A stretch of DNA of 10,077 nt from positions 123,119-133,195 of IMG/VR virus record IMGVR_UViG_2974629454_000001. One strand, written 5' to 3'. Source of the stretch: Streptomyces virus LukeCage (taxonomy: Duplodnaviria > Heunggongvirae > Uroviricota > Caudoviricetes). Shown here piece after piece: positions 6,331 to 10,077 of this stretch; position 1 is the stretch's first letter, and each line of letters opens with the position of its first letter. The translations under genes were made by a program, and so were the position numbers. The notes beneath the pieces are model-generated. The model had not been told where the DNA came from. It made no database searches and saw only the letters and a program-made list of their open reading frames with translations.

Positions 6331-6372
6331 AGCCGGGGCGGCCAAACGGCCCCCGAAGGGGCCGTTGGCTTT
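6331..6372 (-). repeat. Boundary element 11 (core 6332-6342, hairpin 6345-6366)
   Basis: GCCGGGGCGGC ca AACGGCCCC-cgaa-GGGGCCGTT. Confidence 0.9.
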
Positions 6373-6374
6373 GA

Positions 6375-6947
6375 TCAGCCGTTCATGCCGCATCCGCACG
6401 GGCAAGAACCCTGGAAGGACTCTTCGGAGGACTCGATGGACTCGCGGGCCACGTCGTTCGTCGTCAGCTTCTCACGCAGCGCATTGAGCGCGGACTGAGT
6501 GGCCAACTCGGGCTCGGGCTTCGGGGAGTCCTTCTCGACCTGCTCGATCTTGTCCCATTCGAGCTGATCGGTGGTCCCGACCGGCGTGATCATGTCCACG
6601 ATGGACTTCGCCTCGATGAGACCCAGCGGACGGAACTTGTCACGCAGAACCTTGATGCAGGTGATCTTGCGGGTGAAGTCACGCGGCGTGAAGTTCGCCA
6701 CGGCCCACGCAGTTGCGGAAACCACGTTCGGGTCGAAGGTGGCACGAATGGAGTTCTTGCCAGCCTCCACACCAGCGTCGTAGCGCTCCTGACCGTACGC
6801 GTACTTCGCGTCCTCGGCCTTGTACTTCTCGTCTTCCATCTTGCGACGGAAGCCACGGTCGATGTCACCCGCGAAGCGGAGAGCGTCAGCGATCTTGGTG
6901 TCGGGGAAGTAGTTGCCGACCTGCTGAACGATCTCGATGCGCTCCAT
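6375..6947 (-). CDS. Hypothetical protein with bL12 (L7/L12) C-terminal-domain-like motif, 190 aa; paralogue of 3201-3695
   Basis: RKITCIKVLRDKFRPLGLIEAKSIVD; GAAGGG RBS; own promoter. Confidence 0.85.
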   Translation of the reverse strand: MERIEIVQQVGNYFPDTKIADALRFAGDIDRGFRRKMEDEKYKAEDAKYAYGQERYDAGVEAGKNSIRATFDPNVVSATAWAVANFTPRDFTRKITCIKVLRDKFRPLGLIEAKSIVDMITPVGTTDQLEWDKIEQVEKDSPKPEPELATQSALNALREKLTTNDVARESIESSEESFQGSCPCGCGMNG

Positions 6948-6995
6948 GAGGTTTCCCTTCGTCTTAGGGGACTTCTTGCCCCCTTCGATGTACTA

Positions 6996-7025
6996 ATCTT
7001 AGCAGAGCCTAGCGGGCTGTGTCCA
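6996..7025 (-). promoter_or_regulatory. Cassette promoter
   Basis: TGGACA-18-TAAGAT, extended TGn. Confidence 0.65.
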
Positions 7026-7035
7026 ACTGTTCTTT

Positions 7036-7076
7036 CAAGATTTTTTGGCCGGGGCGGTTCGCCGCCCGAAGGCGGC
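7036..7076 (-). repeat. Boundary element 12 (core 7048-7058, hairpin 7061-7076)
   Basis: caagattttttg GCCGGGGCGGT tc GCCGCC-cgaa-GGCGGC. Confidence 0.9.
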
Positions 7077-7082
7077 TAGCCG

Positions 7083-7379
7083 TTACTCCCAAGGTGAGTA
7101 GTCAGACTCACGCTCGGCAGGCTTACGCTCGATACGGTCAAGGTAGCGGCCGGTGCTGTTGACGGACCAAATGGCCCTACGCCCGTTGTTGCTGTAACGC
7201 TTCTTGGTCAGCCTCTTGAGAACGGTCTCAGCCTCACGACGAGAGCGAACCTTGACAGACACGCAGGGCTCACGGTAGTTGTAGTACCATCCGCCCTCTT
7301 CCGGACCACCGCACGCGAGGTCTTCGAGATAGATGTTGGCGTAGAACGGCTTGGGCTTACGAACCTTGGGCGTCTTCAT
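7083..7379 (-). CDS. Hypothetical protein with GGPEEGGW motif, 98 aa; probably leaderless
   Basis: The track start TTG at 7415 is the promoter -35; ATG at 7379 lies 7 nt after the TAGACT -10 with no RBS. Confidence 0.8.
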   Translation of the reverse strand: MKTPKVRKPKPFYANIYLEDLACGGPEEGGWYYNYREPCVSVKVRSRREAETVLKRLTKKRYSNNGRRAIWSVNSTGRYLDRIERKPAERESDYSPWE

Positions 7380-7386
7380 AGGGATG

Positions 7387-7415
7387 AGTCTAGCAGAGTA
7401 TTGGGCCGGTGGCAA
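7387..7415 (-). promoter_or_regulatory. Cassette promoter (leaderless)
   Basis: TTGCCA-17-TAGACT, extended TGn. Confidence 0.8.
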
Positions 7416-7430
7416 CAGATTCTCAATTTA

Positions 7431-7452
7431 GCCGGGGCGGCCCCGAAGGGCC
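7431..7452 (-). repeat. Boundary element 13 (core 7431-7441 overlapping hairpin 7439-7452)
   Basis: GCCGGGGCGGC, stem GGCCC-cgaa-GGGCC. Confidence 0.85.
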
Positions 7453-7457
7453 TGACG

Positions 7458-7688
7458 TTACCGCCAGAGGAATTGACCTTGACATGCACAGTCGTTGGGA
7501 ACCTTGTCTACCTTCTTGAAAGCACGAATGATCGTCTCTCGCGGGTAGACAGCTCGCAGGCACTCACGAGGGTTGTGGTGACCTACCTTGATCCACTGGT
7601 CTACGACTTCCACATAGAGGAAAGTCTGTTCGTGTCCGGTCTGCTTCTCTTGCTGAACGTAGACTTCGCCCTCAGAGATCCATTCCAT
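7458..7688 (-). CDS. Hypothetical protein, 76 aa (MEWISEGEVYVQ...)
   Basis: Start revised from 7754 to the ATG at 7688, which overlaps the TGA of the upstream 51-aa gene (TGATG). Confidence 0.75.
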   Translation of the reverse strand: MEWISEGEVYVQQEKQTGHEQTFLYVEVVDQWIKVGHHNPRECLRAVYPRETIIRAFKKVDKVPNDCACQGQFLWR

Positions 7689-7843
7689 CACACACTCCTG
7701 GTCTTGATCTTCTCGCACTTCACGCACTTGCGAACCTGCATGGGCTGAGTCCACGTGACAGGCTTACCCTTGATCCAACCCATAAGAGGGCTGTCCATGT
7801 GAGCAGTGACGAGAACCCACTTCGTCCACTTGTGACGGCACAT
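7688..7843 (-). CDS. Small putative Zn-binding protein, 51 aa (MCRHKWTKWVLVTAHMDSPLMGWIKGKPVTWTQPMQVRKCVKCEKIKTRSV)
   Basis: Hand translation; CxH...CxxC; TAATG and TGATG overlaps on both sides; not in ORF track. Confidence 0.75.
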   Translation of the reverse strand: MCRHKWTKWVLVTAHMDSPLMGWIKGKPVTWTQPMQVRKCVKCEKIKTRSV

Positions 7844-8046
7844 TACGAAAGCCTCCCACAGATGCACTTGATCTTGTCGCCGGGTTCCATGTACGTCTCG
7901 ATGGTGTACTGCGGGATCATCATCGTGGTGCAGTCGTCGTCGCTCGTGTGGATCACGATGAACGCCTGATCACTGATCAGATCGATGATCTCCGTGCGGC
8001 AGTTCGGGTCGGACTTCTTCGGCTGCATGATGTCTCCGGGCTTCAT
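7843..8046 (-). CDS. Hypothetical protein, 67 aa; probably leaderless
   Basis: ATG 6 nt after the TAGACT -10; first gene of a translationally coupled three-gene operon. Confidence 0.75.
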   Translation of the reverse strand: MKPGDIMQPKKSDPNCRTEIIDLISDQAFIVIHTSDDDCTTMMIPQYTIETYMEPGDKIKCICGRLS

Positions 8047-8052
8047 GTATGA

Positions 8053-8082
8053 AGTCTAGCACTCGGATTGGATGAGATGCAA
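8053..8082 (-). promoter_or_regulatory. Cassette promoter (leaderless)
   Basis: TTGCAT-18-TAGACT, extended TGn. Confidence 0.75.
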
Positions 8083-8095
8083 GCCCTACGCCGAT

Positions 8096-8160
8096 TTTTT
8101 AGTCTCTAGATGTCTACACAGATTTTTAGTCATCTAGCCGGGGCGGCTAACTTTTTAGTC
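8096..8160. repeat. Dyad core 14 (TAGCCG-GGG-CGGCTA, 8135-8149) without hairpin, among three TTTTTAGTC copies
   Basis: TTTTTAGTC at 8096-8104, 8123-8131 and 8152-8160. Confidence 0.75.
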
Positions 8161-8245
8161 AGAAAATCACCCCTATGATTCGAAGGTTTTTCGCGCATAT
8201 ACCTAAGAAACACAGGGGTGAAAATCTAAGCGAATTTATTCAGAT

Positions 8246-8470
8246 TCACCAGAGTTCGTCCACTTTGGCCCAGAATCGGTGGACTCGCGGATCGTTGTTG
8301 TCGTTTGCGTAGAACGGATCATGAATTGTGCCCGTCAACGCATTTGCGATTTCGGGCCGGTGGACAGCAACTCGATTGAATACGAATTGCCCATAACGCT
8401 GCCCCTTGTTGTCGCGCATCCATTCTGCGATGGTATCGAGAATGAATTGATTCAAGGACAGTTCGGCCAT
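8246..8470 (-). CDS. Hypothetical protein, 74 aa (MAELSLNQ...QRYGQFVFN...DPFY)
   Basis: ATG at 8470 with GGAAG upstream is preferred over the track start, which overlaps the upstream gene. Confidence 0.75.
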   Translation of the reverse strand: MAELSLNQFILDTIAEWMRDNKGQRYGQFVFNRVAVHRPEIANALTGTIHDPFYANDNNDPRVHRFWAKVDELW

Positions 8471-8474
8471 TAAG

Positions 8475-8651
8475 TCACTTCCAATCGGTGGGAAGTTCGC
8501 CAGATTCGATGATGTTCTTTTCCATTCGCTCGAAAACGACCTTTGCCCCGATGAAAGAGGCAATCAGCTTGTTTCCTTGCGCAGTCATCGACCTTTCGAG
8601 CAACATTCGCAATTCTTCGAGATCCTTTTGCAGTTGCTGCTCAACATACAT
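8475..8651 (-). CDS. Hypothetical protein, about 58 aa (MYVEQQLQKDLEELR...)
   Basis: ATG at 8651 with AAAGGGTG RBS reduces the 86-nt overlap of the track ORF (8726) to 11 nt. Confidence 0.6.
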   Translation of the reverse strand: MYVEQQLQKDLEELRMLLERSMTAQGNKLIASFIGAKVVFERMEKNIIESGELPTDWK

Positions 8652-8853
8652 AGGTTTCACCCTTTCCAGTTCCACAAAGGCAATATACGGAATGCTTTGC
8701 TTCCACCGGGCGAAATCCGCCTTCATTGTACTTTTTCAGAAGGATTTCGAGATTTCCCGAAGAAATTACGCCCGTTTCGGAAAACAGGCCGTTCTTTTCG
8801 AGCTTGAGGGTAAGCGAATGTGTACGAACGGCTTTTGCCCTATTCCTGAACAT
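8641..8853 (-). CDS. Hypothetical protein, 70 aa
   Basis: ATG with GAAAGGG RBS. Confidence 0.7.
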   Translation of the reverse strand: MFRNRAKAVRTHSLTLKLEKNGLFSETGVISSGNLEILLKKYNEGGFRPVEAKHSVYCLCGTGKGETYVC

Positions 8854-8874
8854 TGCTTTCCCTTTCTACCCCTA

Positions 8875-8904
8875 ATGGGGGATACCCTTTCGGATATCCC
8901 CCAT
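8875..8904 (-). other. Intercistronic 13-bp stem-loop with GAAA tetraloop
   Basis: One pair is a G-U wobble only when read on the minus strand (C/A mismatch on plus), indicating a minus-strand RNA structure. Confidence 0.75.
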
Positions 8905-8910
8905 ATTGAG

Positions 8911-9054
8911 TTACGCCAGTTCGGAAACGTGCGGATAGTCGGTTTCGTCCATGTCCACCGTACGCATGTCGTCCTGTACGGTAGATACGGGCAGGGTGCT
9001 CACAGAGACCCATCCCTCAGAGACGGCCCGCTCCAGAAGTTCGAGAGTGGTCAA
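8911..9054 (-). CDS. Small acidic protein, about 47 aa (MTTLELLERAVSEGWVSVSTLPVSTVQDDMRTVDMDETDYPHVSELA)
   Basis: TTG at 9054 with GGAAGGG RBS, downstream of the promoter at 9088-9116; the track start GTG lies inside the -35. Confidence 0.6.
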   Translation of the reverse strand: MTTLELLERAVSEGWVSVSTLPVSTVQDDMRTVDMDETDYPHVSELA

Positions 9055-9087
9055 GTTGATCAGTCCCTTCCGTCTTGGTGTAGTACC

Positions 9088-9116
9088 AGTATACACAGCC
9101 CATACGCTGTGCACAA
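9088..9116 (-). promoter_or_regulatory. First leftward promoter
   Basis: TTGTGC-17-TATACT. Confidence 0.7.
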
Positions 9117-9228
9117 CCTAGATCCTCCGGGAAATTTTTGTACGCTTTCGTACACGCGCGGGGGATTTGTCCGGGAATTCCGTAATGCCCTCTTAAAGAG
9201 GAATGCCCCCTATGCGCTGCATGCCCAG

Positions 9229-9302
9229 TGTGTACCCATATGGTAGGGTATGTACCCTATGTACCATATGCCCTATATGTACCCCTATGTACCAGTATGT
9301 CC
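9229..9302. repeat. Degenerate tandem micro-repeat TATGTACC (4 exact, about 3 degenerate)
   Basis: Exact at 9249, 9258, 9276, 9286; variants at 9229, 9267, 9296. Confidence 0.85.
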
Positions 9303-9312
9303 GATTTGTCCG

Positions 9313-9323
9313 GCCGCCCCGGT
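9313..9323 (+). repeat. Dyad core 15 (GCCG-CCC-CGGT) upstream of the rightward gene
   Basis: Matches RCCG-SSS-CGGY; CCC on the sense strand, as in most leftward cassettes. Confidence 0.7.
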
Positions 9324-9390
9324 CGGCAATCCTTTACCAAGCCGTTACCTAAAAACCTCGGATTCAGGGGTTTTCCCGTGTGTGGTGGGG

Positions 9391-9396
9391 TAGTCT
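9391..9396 (+). promoter_or_regulatory. Probable -10 of the rightward promoter
   Basis: TAGTCT followed by leader GGTACAACGA, identical to the start of the lsr2 leader; no clear -35. Confidence 0.45.
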
Positions 9397-9431
9397 GTAG
9401 GTACAACGACAGAGACAAGGGAGACAGCGAC

Positions 9432-9890
9432 ATGATCACCACCACCGCCCCGGTTACCCACAACAGCAACACTCACCAGTGCAGGGACAACGACCGTACG
9501 GCCGGTAGCGCGTACCGTAGGCAGCTTCTCGCTACGGTCCTGTACCTGGCTAGCCTTACGGGGCACTCGGACGGTGAGACGTACGCTGTGTGTGTGGGTT
9601 GTGGTGAGAATGCATACGTGGGGGGTGCACCCCGGAACATGGACACGCTGAACCTTGGTCACTGTGAGGCAGACGCAACGGGGGGTACCTACTGCGCTGC
9701 GAACATGCTCCCCCTGTGCAGGCAGTGCAACGAGGACATGGGTAAGGATGCCCTTACCGATGTGCTTGTCCCCCTGTATGACAACCGTCACATGTGGGAC
9801 GGTAAGTTGATCAAGGACAGTGGCAAGGTTAAGCAGGAAGCGCAGGCAAACCGAGGACGTGCCAACTGGAAGCGCCCTGCGAGCGTCTGA
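9432..9890 (+). CDS. HNH endonuclease, 152 aa
   Basis: CVGCG zinc knuckle plus LGHCEADATGGTYCAANMLPLCRQCNEDMG (H...N...CxxCN); ATG at 9432 with AAGGGAG RBS preferred over track start 9228. Confidence 0.8.
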   Translation: MITTTAPVTHNSNTHQCRDNDRTAGSAYRRQLLATVLYLASLTGHSDGETYAVCVGCGENAYVGGAPRNMDTLNLGHCEADATGGTYCAANMLPLCRQCNEDMGKDALTDVLVPLYDNRHMWDGKLIKDSGKVKQEAQANRGRANWKRPASV

Positions 9891-9905
9891 GACGCTTTGA
9901 GAGTA

Positions 9906-9937
9906 GCCCCTAGGTCTGAGTACCTAGGGGCACTTTC
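9906..9937 (+). terminator. Intrinsic terminator after the HNH gene
   Basis: GCCCCTAGGT-ctgagt-ACCTAGGGGC (10 bp) followed by ACTTTC. Confidence 0.75.
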
Positions 9938-9957
9938 ATGCCCGGAGACGGGCGCAC

Positions 9958-9979
9958 ACGGCTTTTGAAAGCCGTTTTC
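9958..9979 (+). terminator. Possible second terminator
   Basis: ACGGCTT-ttga-AAGCCGT followed by TTTC. Confidence 0.45.
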
Positions 9980-10077
9980 AAATGGCCTGCCATGCCCTGT
10001 GGAACCTTCCCCGGAGAGAATGTCAAGGGATATGGGCGCACTAATTGAATTGTTACAAAGGTATGCGAAGCATGTAT

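Noticed and set aside
197-8149. CRISPR array interpretation of the recurring repeat
   Set aside because: Spacers are 0.3-1.2 kb coding genes of variable length, repeat stems vary, and no cas genes are present.
8167-8221. 8-bp inverted repeat TCACCCCT/AGGGGTGA
   Set aside because: A 39-nt loop and a single occurrence are too weak to call a terminator or site.
9017-9103. 28-aa alternative minus-strand ORF (MGCVYWYY...)
   Set aside because: Its start lies inside the promoter spacer, upstream of the predicted TSS, with no RBS.
9228-9431. N-terminal extension of the HNH ORF from 9228
   Set aside because: It merely translates the TATGTACC repeat and promoter region; the RBS supports ATG 9432.
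9998-10026. Minus-strand promoter from TTGACA at 10026-10021
   Set aside because: No acceptable -10 hexamer at 17-18 bp spacing.
1-10077. tRNA, rRNA, transposase or integrase genes
   Set aside because: I saw no cloverleaf with T/D-loop consensus, no rRNA-like sequence, and no DDE, tyrosine or serine recombinase motifs.

Overview
Early/accessory region of an actinobacteriophage, most consistent with a large lytic Streptomyces phage, possibly its long terminal-repeat region. This is inferred from GC-rich coding, HrdB/sigma70-type promoters and Lsr2-, ParB-, GP88-like and HNH genes; no database search was run. I find 26 small minus-strand CDS (236-9054) and one divergent plus-strand HNH gene (9432-9890). 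Eight of the minus-strand genes are below the ORF-track cutoff, and several track starts need revising. The main signal is architectural: almost every gene or mini-operon is a self-contained cassette. On the coding (minus) strand, each boundary reads stop codon - C(UUCG)G hairpin with variable, co-varying stem - dyad RCCG-SSS-CGGY - A-tract (AAAAGATC) - TTGnnn-17/18-TAGACT promoter - leader/RBS. There are 15 intergenic dyad copies, 13 with the hairpin, and 18 minus-strand promoters. Other notable items: two paralogues with a ribosomal bL12 C-terminal-domain-like motif, a tandem-domain Lsr2-like protein, three probably leaderless genes, and a TATGTACC micro-repeat tract at the divergence point.
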